Shown here one piece after another: positions 10,491 to 19,746 of a DNA stretch of 64,000 nucleotides. The notes beneath the pieces were generated by a model. It saw nothing but the letters and a program-made list of their open reading frames with translations. It was not told the origin of the DNA and ran no database searches. The stretch's first letter is position 1. Each line of letters starts with the position of its first letter. Made by a program: the position numbers and the translations under genes. This stretch comes from a virus: positions 64,001-128,000 of the IMG/VR virus record IMGVR_UViG_3300043446_003177, one strand, 5' to 3'.

Positions 10491-11138
10491 ATGGATTACA
10501 AAAAGTATTCTCTTGAAAATCTAGAAAACTGGTTGCATGATGCGATGTCTTGTGCAGAAGCATCTCCTCAAGAAATCTATGATGTGATTAAAGGTGTTGT
10601 TGAGGATAACTATCGTACTTATCAACAACAAGCATCCAGAGCACATGAACTTCTTTCTTTATTGAATAATAATGGGCAGTCATATGATGATGTTCTGAAA
10701 GAAAGAGAATACTATGAACCATCTATACCTGAAGAAGAACTTTCTCAGTATAAAGTATCGCTGAGTTGTGATAAAGATGATCCATCACCCGAATGTAAAG
10801 GTGCCTGGAATGATTTTTGGGAAGATGCTGATGAATATGCACTTAGAGAAGCAGAATACTACAATGCATCTTCTCCAGAAGAAACATCCGAAGAGAGAGT
10901 TAAGAGAATCAATGAATCTTTAGAAGGACAAGCAGAATATGGTGAATCATTCCAAAAAACTTGGAGTGTTTCTATAGAAGAAGATGGTGTTACTGGAGAT
11001 GTGTTTATAACTTTCCCACCAGAGGCCTTAAGAGCAGCAAATATATCGGAAGGCGATGAAGTTGAGTGGATAGATAACAAAGATGGTACATTTACTGCTA
11101 AAAAAGTAGAAAAACTGGTTTCAATGGATGAGTGCTGA
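10491..11138 (+). CDS. acidic protein with C-terminal AbrB/SpoVT-like domain
   Basis: ITFPPEALRAANISEGDEVEW. Confidence 0.6.
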   Translation: MDYKKYSLENLENWLHDAMSCAEASPQEIYDVIKGVVEDNYRTYQQQASRAHELLSLLNNNGQSYDDVLKEREYYEPSIPEEELSQYKVSLSCDKDDPSPECKGAWNDFWEDADEYALREAEYYNASSPEETSEERVKRINESLEGQAEYGESFQKTWSVSIEEDGVTGDVFITFPPEALRAANISEGDEVEWIDNKDGTFTAKKVEKLVSMDEC

Positions 11139-11383
11139 TGTACACTCTTTTTCTGTTAAAAGGACTTGCACCATTTGTTGCTGGTCTATGTTTTGAAAAT
11201 TTTATGACTAAACAAGGAGAACTTTGCAATGTTAGAGATTCTTCAGAACGTGTGGTAAAATATGACCCACAAGATCCAGAAAATGCTTGTTATCGTGATG
11301 GTATTTTCTACCCTCGGTGCAAAGATCTAGAAAATCCAGAAGTTCTTCACTATCACAATCTATTACTAAAGGAAAGACAATAA
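11138..11383 (+). CDS. hypothetical Cys-containing protein
   Basis: TGATG coupling. Confidence 0.6.
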   Translation: MYTLFLLKGLAPFVAGLCFENFMTKQGELCNVRDSSERVVKYDPQDPENACYRDGIFYPRCKDLENPEVLHYHNLLLKERQ

Positions 11384-11385
11384 TT

Positions 11386-11619
11386 ATGGCTTTATCACAA
11401 TCTGTCGAAGAATCCCTGAAAGAAGCAGAACAATCTCTGCGAAATGCACTAGCATACGCTGCTCGTCAAGAACGTCCTATGGTATGTTCAGTTATTGCAG
11501 ATCTTATCAGTCGTATTGAATCACTACAAAATACAGATGCTATTTTGGATAAACTGGAGCAACGAATGAATGGGGATGAGGATAGTAAGCGAGGTCGTTG
11601 GGGTCCATTTGGATCTTAA
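11386..11619 (+). CDS. conserved cyanophage hypothetical protein
   Basis: MALSQSVEESL...RNALAYAARQERP. Confidence 0.7.
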   Translation: MALSQSVEESLKEAEQSLRNALAYAARQERPMVCSVIADLISRIESLQNTDAILDKLEQRMNGDEDSKRGRWGPFGS

Positions 11620-11707
11620 CAAACTGTAACACGATCCCGAAGAGAATATTAAGATACCATAGATATGGTATAGATCATGTTAAACTGAGTTCAGTCGCAA
11701 CGCATAA

Positions 11708-11875
11708 ATGACCATTGACCGAGACCTTACGCAAGAAGAATGGGACGAAATGAATGTACTTCGCAAAGCAATTAATTATAATCCAAGTCAAGTGCATCCA
11801 GACAAAATGCAGCGATTTAGTGAACTTCTAGTTAAATCTATGGGTGGTAACGGCGAACCCACGCGGACAGTTTAG
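11708..11875 (+). CDS. hypothetical 55-aa protein
   Basis: hand translation MTIDRDLTQEEWDEM...RTV; stop lies inside the palindrome at 11865. Confidence 0.6.
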   Translation: MTIDRDLTQEEWDEMNVLRKAINYNPSQVHPDKMQRFSELLVKSMGGNGEPTRTV

Positions 11876-11942
11876 AAAGCGGCACACAGGCGATCCTGGA
11901 GGGGTCTGGTGCCCTTATAATACTCTCATACGCAACGAACCG
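11865..11942 (+). promoter_or_regulatory. palindrome-associated early promoter (copy 1)
   Basis: GGACAGTT-TAGA-AAGCGGCAC, TATAAT at 11916, leader ACTCTCA...CAACGAACCG. Confidence 0.75.
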
Positions 11943-12404
11943 ATGACCACCACCTTCGCTGAGTATTCCGCCCAAGCAGAGGCACGGAAGAACATCGCAG
12001 AGGCAGTCCTGGGGCACACTTATGCTCTATGTGAGGCACTGCGCCAGAACTTCATTGAATACAGCATCAAATCCCATCAGAAGTTTGTTGATGATGCTGA
12101 TACTCATGAGTATCATCAAAAGCAGATTGATAAACTGAGGCAAGGTATTTGTGATTATGAGTTCTACCCTGAAACGGGTCGTAAGTATCATAAGATTATT
12201 ATGATAATTCATAATACTGCTAGTCCTACTGGCACTAGTCGCTCTGTCCATGCTTTTGTAGACAAGAAGACTGGTCAGGTTTACAAGTCTGCATCCTGGA
12301 AGTCTCCTGCTAAGGGTGTTCGCTACGATCTTCGCATTATTGAGCAGCGTGAATGGTTGCTTGAGAATGCTGATTGGGCAGGTTCCTATCTGTACGCTCG
12401 CTGA
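11943..12404 (+). CDS. conserved phage early protein
   Basis: GRKYHKI...SVHAFVDKKTG.VYKSASWKSPAKGVRY. Confidence 0.8.
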   Translation: MTTTFAEYSAQAEARKNIAEAVLGHTYALCEALRQNFIEYSIKSHQKFVDDADTHEYHQKQIDKLRQGICDYEFYPETGRKYHKIIMIIHNTASPTGTSRSVHAFVDKKTGQVYKSASWKSPAKGVRYDLRIIEQREWLLENADWAGSYLYAR

Positions 12405-12412
12405 GGTTAATT

Positions 12413-12721
12413 ATGGCTACTTGGAGAGCGGATGTATTTGTAAATTCTAGAGTTGGTAGAATTACAACTGAAGTTGAAGCAGCAACTTTTGCGGGAGCGA
12501 GAGAGCAAATCTATGCAAAGCATGGAGATGTTCAGCAGATTACAAATCTACATGAAGTGAGAAGTAGTGGCGGTGGTTTATCGTCGTCTGGTGATTATGG
12601 TGGAACTATATGGTTGGTCGCAATTCTATTTGTTATTTGGTTGATTGTTGAATACTGGTACTTTATCGTCCCAGGTGCTATTATACTAGGAATCTTGTAT
12701 TGGTATGGTCGTAATGCCTAG
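12413..12721 (+). CDS. membrane protein
   Basis: GAGG RBS; C-terminal hydrophobic segments. Confidence 0.7.
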   Translation: MATWRADVFVNSRVGRITTEVEAATFAGAREQIYAKHGDVQQITNLHEVRSSGGGLSSSGDYGGTIWLVAILFVIWLIVEYWYFIVPGAIILGILYWYGRNA

Positions 12722-13679
12722 AATTGAAATTTTAGAACAACCTGTAGAGAAACTGGATTCTGTGGAGCAGACATTTGATCTGGTCTATATGGATCCTCCG
12801 TTTGGATTGCAGCGAGACTTTACAATGCAGGAGGAAGATGGTCAAGAAAAGGGATTTAGTGATAATTGGAATTCATTTGATGAGTATATTGATTGGTATG
12901 CTGGTGTTATTAATAATTGCTTCTCAAAGTTGAATAAAGATGGTTGGTTGTATGCACACAATAACTTCATTGGTAATGCTTTAGTATTGTCTAAAGTTGA
13001 TCCTAAAGTTCGTGATGCATTCTATACTAATATTTCATGGAAACGTAGTGGCCCGAAGAATAATTTAAAGAATGGGTGGGGGAATATTGTAGACAGTATT
13101 ATTGTACTCAGAAAAGGTAAACCTTACTTTGAAGTTGAGTATGGATCTCTGGATCCAGTATATGCAGCAAATAGTTTCAAGAACAAGGATGGGGTTGGAT
13201 ATTACGCTCTTGCAAAGGTGACTGGAGAAAAGAGTCGTCCTTCTGCTCGATTTGAGTATAAAGGATATAATCCTCAGTATGGTTTCCGTATAACAAGGGA
13301 AAAACTGGAAGCATTGGACGCTCAGGGTCTGTTGCACTACGGCGCAAATAATATCTACAAAAAAATCTATTCTCATGAGTCCAAAGGTGTTCCCGTACAA
13401 AATTTGTGGGATGACGTGTATTTTATCAGTAGAAGTGAGCAGAATAAGCGTAAGTACCCAACACAAAAGCCTTTGAAGTTGTTGGAGCGTATTATCAAAT
13501 CATCTTGTCCTGTTGATGGATGGGTGTTGGATCCTTTCTGTGGATCTGGAACTACTGCGATTGCTGCGTTTGGTTTGGATAGAAATTGTGTTACGATGGA
13601 TGTGAATCCAGATGCTGTTCGCATTGCTCAAGAGGCGATATCTGAACTAAATAATCCACTTGTTTCGCAATTCCAATGA
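12714..13679 (+). CDS. N6-adenine/N4-cytosine DNA methyltransferase (beta class)
   Basis: DPPF motif IV N-terminal; YPTQKP and DPFCGSGTT motif I C-terminal. Confidence 0.92.
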   Translation: MPRIEILEQPVEKLDSVEQTFDLVYMDPPFGLQRDFTMQEEDGQEKGFSDNWNSFDEYIDWYAGVINNCFSKLNKDGWLYAHNNFIGNALVLSKVDPKVRDAFYTNISWKRSGPKNNLKNGWGNIVDSIIVLRKGKPYFEVEYGSLDPVYAANSFKNKDGVGYYALAKVTGEKSRPSARFEYKGYNPQYGFRITREKLEALDAQGLLHYGANNIYKKIYSHESKGVPVQNLWDDVYFISRSEQNKRKYPTQKPLKLLERIIKSSCPVDGWVLDPFCGSGTTAIAAFGLDRNCVTMDVNPDAVRIAQEAISELNNPLVSQFQ

Positions 13680-14044
13680 TTAAAAACATTTTAATCGCCT
13701 GTCTATTCATTCCTCTACCTGCTGTTGCTCAACAGGTGAATGAATATGATGTTTGTACGAGGTATAGAGAAACCTATGTACCTGGATATTATGATTCATA
13801 TGGTAATTACATTTCAGGCCGAGTAGAATCCGAATCATACAAAGTTCCTTGCGGAACTGGTTATCGAAACAATCCAGAACCTCAACCAAGATATAGGAGA
13901 CAGGTCTATTGTGATCCCACTCGTTCAATTTTAGGTGCAGGACTTGGTGGTGGTCTTGGTGCGATCTTTAACAATTCCAATACTCGTCGCTATACAGTTC
14001 CGATTGGTGCTGCTCTAGGTGGAATTGCCTTTGGATGCAACTGA
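13676..14044 (+). CDS. secreted glycine-zipper protein
   Basis: signal peptide ending AVA; GAGLGGGLG...IGAALGG. Confidence 0.7.
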   Translation: MIKNILIACLFIPLPAVAQQVNEYDVCTRYRETYVPGYYDSYGNYISGRVESESYKVPCGTGYRNNPEPQPRYRRQVYCDPTRSILGAGLGGGLGAIFNNSNTRRYTVPIGAALGGIAFGCN

Positions 14045-14048
14045 GTCT

Positions 14049-14131
14049 GTACCAGTGTGGGAACTGTCCACTCTGCCCCTGACTCTGCCCCACTCTGCCC
14101 TATAATTACAAGGTAATCAACGAAACGCCTC
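14049..14131 (+). promoter_or_regulatory. palindrome-associated early promoter (copy 2)
   Basis: GTACCAGTG-TGGG-AACTGTCCAC, three ACTCTGCCC repeats, TATAAT at 14101. Confidence 0.75.
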
Positions 14132-14542
14132 ATGGGAACCCGCGCTCGCATCGGTCTTGAACTTAAAGATGGTTCTATCCTCTCTGTGTATCATCACTGG
14201 GATGGTTATCCTGAGTGGTTGGGTCGTATTCTGAAGACACACTACAATTCACGCTCTCTTGTTGCTGAACTGATTGATGGTGGCGATATGTCTTCCTGCT
14301 GGACTGATGAGCGTTGGGATGATAGTGGTGTGAAAGGTGTTTATGGTCCTGAATACTACTCTCAGCGTGGCGAAAATTGCCCTCCTCGTCACGATAAAGA
14401 CCTGATGGAGTATCTTCAAAACGGTGAAGAGTATGCCTATGTTTATACTCAATCCGAAGGTTGGTTGTGCTATGATACTTGTAATTGGCGCAATTCCTAT
14501 TTGGAAGGTGTCGAAATTCCCTCTGCTGCCCTTGCTGTTTGA
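14132..14542 (+). CDS. conserved phage early protein
   Basis: MGTRARIG...SVYHHWDGYPEWLG...EEYAYVY. Confidence 0.8.
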   Translation: MGTRARIGLELKDGSILSVYHHWDGYPEWLGRILKTHYNSRSLVAELIDGGDMSSCWTDERWDDSGVKGVYGPEYYSQRGENCPPRHDKDLMEYLQNGEEYAYVYTQSEGWLCYDTCNWRNSYLEGVEIPSAALAV

Positions 14543-14545
14543 CCC

Positions 14546-14734
14546 ATGAAAACTTCTACTGCCCTTGGCGTTGTATTTGGCGCTGTTGTTATTGTTACCG
14601 CTAGTCTCTTACTTGAGGCCTGGTTGCTTGGATTGATTCTGTCTTGGTTCGGTGTATCGCTGACTTTCTGGCAGAATTTTGCTATAATCTTTCTTGCAAA
14701 CCTCATTTTTAAGAACACCAGTGGATCGAAATGA
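14546..14734 (+). CDS. small two-TM membrane protein
   Basis: hydrophobic throughout. Confidence 0.65.
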   Translation: MKTSTALGVVFGAVVIVTASLLLEAWLLGLILSWFGVSLTFWQNFAIIFLANLIFKNTSGSK

Positions 14735-14735
14735 A

Positions 14736-14876
14736 ATGACTGCACTTGAAGAACTTCGATTTGAGAACTTCATTGAGGAGTATGAGCGTCTTGCTTCTGA
14801 ACTGGATGTAAATACGCTCTACTACACTGAAGAGTTTGTTAATTTGACTAAAACCCAATTCACGAGTACAATTTAG
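14736..14876 (+). CDS. small acidic protein
   Basis: A.EL...YY..EFV motif shared with 19169-19303. Confidence 0.6.
   Translation: MTALEELRFENFIEEYERLASELDVNTLYYTEEFVNLTKTQFTSTI
14844..14872 (+). promoter_or_regulatory. sigma70-like promoter
   Basis: TTGACT-17-TACAAT. Confidence 0.7.
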
Positions 14877-14895
14877 GAGTAGTTTCAAACAAACA

Positions 14896-15138
14896 ATGAA
14901 GTATTTTTATCTGGTTGATTATTGGGTTCCGTTTCCATCTTCTGAGTATGGTGGTGTCGTCAGTGTTATTGCGGAGAACGATAATGAATGTCATGATGTT
15001 CTGTTAGAATGGCGTGATGAGTATGAAAACACTCATGATAGTCGCATTATGGAGAATGTAAGTAAGGCTCTTCGTTTCCGTCTTGATTCTGTGCATGACG
15101 ATGAAGAATCGAGAGTTGTTGATTCATTCACGACTTAA
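14896..15138 (+). CDS. conserved cyanophage hypothetical protein
   Basis: YLVDYWVPFPSSEYGG motif. Confidence 0.75.
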   Translation: MKYFYLVDYWVPFPSSEYGGVVSVIAENDNECHDVLLEWRDEYENTHDSRIMENVSKALRFRLDSVHDDEESRVVDSFTT

Positions 15139-15142
15139 TCTC

Positions 15143-16341
15143 ATGTCTGAATACAATCCAAACAGCATGGCGCGGCAACTGAAACAACAATACCGAGAAC
15201 GTATTGAGTATCTTCAGGAGCAAATCATCAATCAACAAAAAGAGATCATCGAATTGCAAAACATTATTAAACAATTGACGGAGGGTAAAGAGTATGATTG
15301 CTGATATGATTGTCGATTATTCTCAACATCTTGAGTCAGGTAGAGTTTGGAAGGTTGAGGTTGAGATTCCAATCGAACTTGCAGAGGAAGATGAGCATCT
15401 AGCATCTGAGATTCCAAGTTCATTGTATATTGACTGTTACGTTATCGCACCTGATCGTGATCTTGCCGATTATATTGCGAAACGAATTTATCCTGATTAT
15501 TTGTCTGTTTGTATTGGTGATGATCCCGAACTTCCCGCATAAAGCACCGAAGCATTATGAATACTCTTTTGAAAAGTTTAACGCTCGTTACGTCGCTGTT
15601 TATTTGCACGATCATCGGACGTATGACTATAACCTGGGTAAACCAATTCGGTGCATCTGGGGATTCTATCATTCCAAAACAGGAAACTACCACGCCCCAA
15701 TCAATGCAACGTCAGTGGGTGATGTAGTGAACATTTCGACTACAACTCCATATAGTGCGATGCAACTTAAAACTACACCTTTAGAGAGAGCATTTATCTA
15801 ATCATGCAATTTGCAGAAGGAACACTCGTCAAATACAAACAACACATTGGTACAATTGCTTTTGTGGATGATGGTTGTTTAACGATCTGCATTGCTAGAA
15901 ATGAACACAAGTCTACTGAGGTAAGAATTGTTGTTTATCGCTCTGAATTCAAAGACATTGAACTGTTCAAACAATCACAAAAATGAATCTTTCACCTAAG
16001 TATGTTATTGCGATTGTAAGTGGATTTGCATTGATTCTCATTTGGAATGCATTTCTAATTGTACGTGATACAAAGTTATTAAAAGCGTATGATGCCTGCA
16101 CACAATTTACTCATCATCCCGATTGTCCTTATTCAAAATGACTGAAGATTTTGTAAAACTGAATGTCCATGAACTTGGTATTCTTTTAGCTGCTCTACAA
16201 CTTGTTGATTTGCGAGAGGAGCATTTAATTGCGAAACAGTATGGAAGTGTTCCTGCACTGTATAACAAACTTTATACTCTCTTTGAGCGAATGGACACTT
16301 CACAGACTGTCCTACGCAACGATGTGGTGCCGTCCTTCTGA
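15143..16341 (+). other. six coupled small hypothetical ORFs (15143-15304, 15294-15542, 15520-15801, 15804-15986, 15983-16141, 16138-16341)
   Basis: ORF track plus hand translation; overlapping starts and stops. Confidence 0.65.
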
Positions 16342-16372
16342 CCTATAATACAGAGGTAATCAAGGGAACACG
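16292..16372 (+). promoter_or_regulatory. palindrome-associated early promoter (copy 3)
   Basis: TGGACACTT-CACA-GACTGTCC, TATAAT at 16344. Confidence 0.7.
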
Positions 16373-18050
16373 ATGAAACACCCTATCACCCTCACCTCTG
16401 GTGAATTGTTAGATGTTATTGCTGCTCTTGAGGTGAATGAAGATGAGGCATATTGTATCAAAGATGATCCTCAACTTGCCGCATATTATATGAACCTTGC
16501 AGTGAAGTTTCAAAAGATATATGATCTACTTCAAGGTATTCCTGGTGAAGATCGTATTGCTGAACTTGTGGTCTCTTCTACTGAACTGAAATGATTACCG
16601 ACACTATCCAAGACAAACAGATTCGCCGTTCGATTGTGAAAGCAGTTGAATCGATGGATCTGCGCCTGCTACAGCGTATTGCCTATGAGGTACGTTGTGA
16701 AGAAATGGGTCTTTATCCTGATGGTTGGAAACTTTATCCTGAAAACTGATGGCTCTTTCAAGTTCCACAATTCAACGTCTTGCTGATGCACTTGCTGATG
16801 ATGTTGCATCTTATATTACCGAGGACGAGCGATTTTTTGAGTTAATGATTGAGTTGATTCCTGATGCACTTTCTGCTAAATTAGGTGATCTGGATCACAA
16901 TGTTGCTGCTGAGTTATCCTGTTGTATTTCTGAACGTTTACGTCTTTTAGCCTCATGATTTCGATACTAACTTCATTGTTTCTCACGACACCTCCTGTTG
17001 CACCTAAACCAGTGGTGTATCGACCTTTCATTTATGAGACCCCTTGTTTATTAGAGTATGGTCTTCAAACCTATCCTGATACTTGTAAGGTTGTAGAAAC
17101 CCGAGAACCAGGCGGCGCTCTTCGCACAAGGAACATTTACTCTAATAAACATCGTCTCACAATCAAAGGTCGATTTGATAAAACTCAAGGATATATGACT
17201 TGGGATAGTCATAATAAGTATGAGTATAAGTGGGAGTATAAAGTTGGTGGTAATCAAGAGTCTGGTTCATGGACTTATGTGATGCCTGGATTCCTATTGC
17301 AAAATGTAAGTTGGGACTGATGCAAGTTACTGAACATAATCTTCATGAGACTGATCTAAGTCTTAAAGACATTAATGAACTTATTCGTTTAGTTAAACAA
17401 GAGAGTCATAATCATAAAGGTGATTCTGCTCGTTTATTGTATTATGGAGTTCTGATTGGTAAGTTAGTTTGTATTCGACACGATCTATTATGAAATTTGA
17501 AATTAGTTATCTCAAACCAAAGAAGAAAGGATACGCTAAACAAAGTGCAGTCTTTTATCAAATTGAAGATGCAATGATGTGGGAAGAGTATGTAAAACAA
17601 AGAGGTTGTAAAGAAGTTCAATTAATGGTAAAATGAAAGATAAGTCATTATGGAGATGGTGGGCTAAAGCATTAGGTGAGAAAGCAAGTAAGTGTGATAA
17701 AGAGTCAGATAAGATTGCATTGATTCGCACTACAATTTTTTTCACTTATTTGATTACTAACTGTTTCATTGTTGCAGGTGTAATTCGACATTGGAACGAT
17801 TCAACAAATATTGAAATCTTTATTGAGAATCCTTATGAAACAAGACAACAAATACAACCAATTAAAAGCATATCTATCCCTCAAGTATGATTACTATGCT
17901 TCACTTGGAAAGTATGAACTTGGTGAGAGAGAAGACTCCGAATCAGAACATAAGTGGAGACTGATCTCTGATATTATGGAATTCATTGATGGTATGGAAA
18001 TCAGGGAAGAAATCAATCAAAATAAGGTTAATACATTAAAAATCATTTAA
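16373..18050 (+). other. eight coupled small hypothetical ORFs (16373-16594, 16591-16749, 16749-16958, 16955-17320, 17320-17493, 17490-17636, 17633-17890, 17835-18050)
   Basis: mostly ATGA/TGATG overlaps; 17633-17890 has WAKALGEKA...SDKIALIRT plus a TM helix. Confidence 0.65.
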
Positions 18051-18151
18051 AAATGTATTAAAAAATATATGTGTGTTTATTATATGGTTCTCAATAAGCA
18101 TGAAATAGTTGAGAATCAATAAGGTTACGTTGTTGAGAATGTCTTCTAATA

Positions 18152-18192
18152 CCTTATAAAACCCTCCAGTATTCCTTATAAAACCCTCCAGT
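18152..18192. repeat. tandem 19-bp direct repeat CCTTATAAAACCCTCCAGT x2
   Basis: exact copies at 18152-18170 and 18174-18192. Confidence 0.9.
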
Positions 18193-18275
18193 CCTTGTGA
18201 TCTTAGCGTGCTTTCTATCACAAGAACCGAAAAAAGTCAAGCCCCCGCGAAAAAAGTTCCCAGACCCACACAAAA

Positions 18276-18645
18276 TCTCGACGAGACTTGACGCCAGAAT
18301 CTAGTCGAGATATAATACACACAAGGCATCATAAATCTAGTCGAGATATCCTGCAATAATCTCGTCGAGACCTCATGCATCATTATATCAAGCATTCATA
18401 AATCTCGACGAGATATGCAACAAATCTCGACGAGACTACACAACATTCGTCATCATAATACATCACAAATCTCGACGAGATACACTGCAAATCTCGTACA
18501 TCTCGTGCATATTATACACATAATCTCGACGAGAATGTGCATGAATCTCGTGTGCATTTCGTGACGAATCTCGATGCATATGCATATATACTTTCATATG
18601 CACGTCTCGATACATATGTACGGTTGACACGTGATCTCGTGCATG
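18276..18645. repeat. array of TCT(C/A)G-W-CGAGA palindromes (8 full sites plus 6 half sites) in non-coding DNA
   Basis: full sites at 18276, 18300, 18336, 18360, 18403, 18425, 18470, 18524; half sites at 18492, 18501, 18546, 18569, 18605, 18635. Confidence 0.92.
18288..18316 (+). promoter_or_regulatory. sigma70 promoter firing into the repeat array
   Basis: TTGACG-17-TATAAT. Confidence 0.8.
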
Positions 18646-18652
18646 TTATTAT
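18624..18652 (+). promoter_or_regulatory. sigma70 promoter with extended -10
   Basis: TTGACA-17-TATTAT with TGn. Confidence 0.8.
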
Positions 18653-18685
18653 ATGTACAGTTCAAACACAGGTACACAGGTTCTT

Positions 18686-18847
18686 ATGGCTTACATGCAA
18701 AAGCAGAAGTACAGGATTACACTGGAAATGGATGTACTAGAAGACTTTAATCCTCATCAGATTGATTGGACAGAATTATTTGATCTTGGTGGAGATGAGA
18801 ATGTTACCGCTTATATTGAAGACCTGAGTAGAGATCGAGTCTGGTAA
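18686..18847 (+). CDS. conserved small cyanophage protein
   Basis: QKYRITLEMDVLEDFNPHQIDW. Confidence 0.7.
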   Translation: MAYMQKQKYRITLEMDVLEDFNPHQIDWTELFDLGGDENVTAYIEDLSRDRVW

Positions 18848-18894
18848 TTATACCACAAATTCACCAGATCTGAGGAGATTTATAAAATCTTAAT

Positions 18895-18924
18895 ATTCTC
18901 AATAAGACCTTCGTTATTGAGAAT
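18895..18924. repeat. perfect inverted repeat ATTCTCAATAA-N8-TTATTGAGAAT
   Basis: 11-bp arms read directly. Confidence 0.8.
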
Positions 18925-18926
18925 GA

Positions 18927-18984
18927 GGACAGTTGGGGAACTGGCACAGTACTAGTTGCGAGCCCCCTGGTGATGGGTTATTAT
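18927..18984 (+). promoter_or_regulatory. palindrome-associated early promoter (copy 4)
   Basis: GGACAGTT-GGGG-AACTGGCAC; TTGCGA-17-TATTAT. Confidence 0.75.
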
Positions 18985-19007
18985 ACATTTGTCGTCGGGA
19001 ATTCACC

Positions 19008-19166
19008 TTGAAAGACATTCGCATTCGTGTTGAAACCTACGATGGTTTGTGTACAATTTGGTATGAGCGTTCAAAGTTAAAGAATGCTTGCGATGTGATC
19101 AGCAAGCGTGTATACAACCAACTCTGTGGTTTAAACATCAAAGAAGTCAACGTTTCGGTAATTTGA
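19008..19166 (+). CDS. small hypothetical protein
   Basis: TTG start downstream of promoter copy 4. Confidence 0.55.
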   Translation: MKDIRIRVETYDGLCTIWYERSKLKNACDVISKRVYNQLCGLNIKEVNVSVI

Positions 19167-19168
19167 TT

Positions 19169-19303
19169 ATGTGTGGTCCTGCTTTTGAGTATACTCGGGA
19201 AGATTTCCTGAATGATGCATCCCAAGAAGAATGGGATGAATGGGAACAGAAAGCGGCAGAACTTGAGCTGCCGTTGGATTACTACCTCGCTGAGTTTGTA
19301 TAA
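19169..19303 (+). CDS. small acidic protein
   Basis: EEWDEWEQKAAELELPLDYYLAEFV. Confidence 0.65.
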   Translation: MCGPAFEYTREDFLNDASQEEWDEWEQKAAELELPLDYYLAEFV

Positions 19304-19311
19304 TATTCCAT

Positions 19312-19665
19312 TGTGACGATCTGAGAACTGGTCCACACCCCCTTGCGGGATCCCCGAATTCGTTCTACATTGCATTCGTTCCTGAGAAACAAGCAAATGC
19401 GTCCTGTTGCTGTTCATCCCGAGAAAAGCATTCGTTTCACCAAACACGCTGCATTTTGGTGTGAGATGATTAATCTGTACAAGAGGAACTATCCGACTCA
19501 TTCGTTTCGTCAAATCGCTGAACATTTTGAATTGAGTGAGACGAATGCCCGTCGTTATTACTACGGCATTCATCACCACAATGCAGGGTATTTTGGTTGT
19601 GGGTATACTCAATTCCGTGAGGGGGCATGTGTGACGATCTGAGAACTGGTACATACCCCCTTGCG
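19312..19665 (+). repeat. 36-bp direct repeats (promoter copies 5 and 6) bracketing one gene
   Basis: TGTGACGATCTGAGAACTGGT(C/A)CA(C/T)ACCCCCTTGCG at 19312-19347 and 19630-19665, 34/36 identical. Confidence 0.9.
19397..19642 (+). CDS. helix-turn-helix DNA-binding protein
   Basis: SFRQIAEHFELSETNARRYY HTH pattern. Confidence 0.7.
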   Translation: MRPVAVHPEKSIRFTKHAAFWCEMINLYKRNYPTHSFRQIAEHFELSETNARRYYYGIHHHNAGYFGCGYTQFREGACVTI

Positions 19666-19746
19666 TTCCACGACCTGGGGGTGTTAAGTTGGTTTCGTGG
19701 TTGAGAAACGCATTCTCCCACACTGTTCTTTGCTCTCTACACTAAC

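Noticed and set aside
18276-18645. CRISPR array interpretation of the TCTCGACGAGA repeats
   Set aside because: Repeats are only 11-14 bp, spacers are irregular (11-43 nt) and low-complexity, and no cas genes are in the window
18036-18740. ORFs 18036-18221 (-) and 18537-18740 (+)
   Set aside because: They run through repeat and promoter DNA with atypical composition; the real gene more likely starts at 18686
19312-19336. CRP or NtcA box
   Set aside because: TGTGA is present, but the arm spacing is far longer than CRP N6, and the GTA-N8-TAC pattern is not conserved across copies
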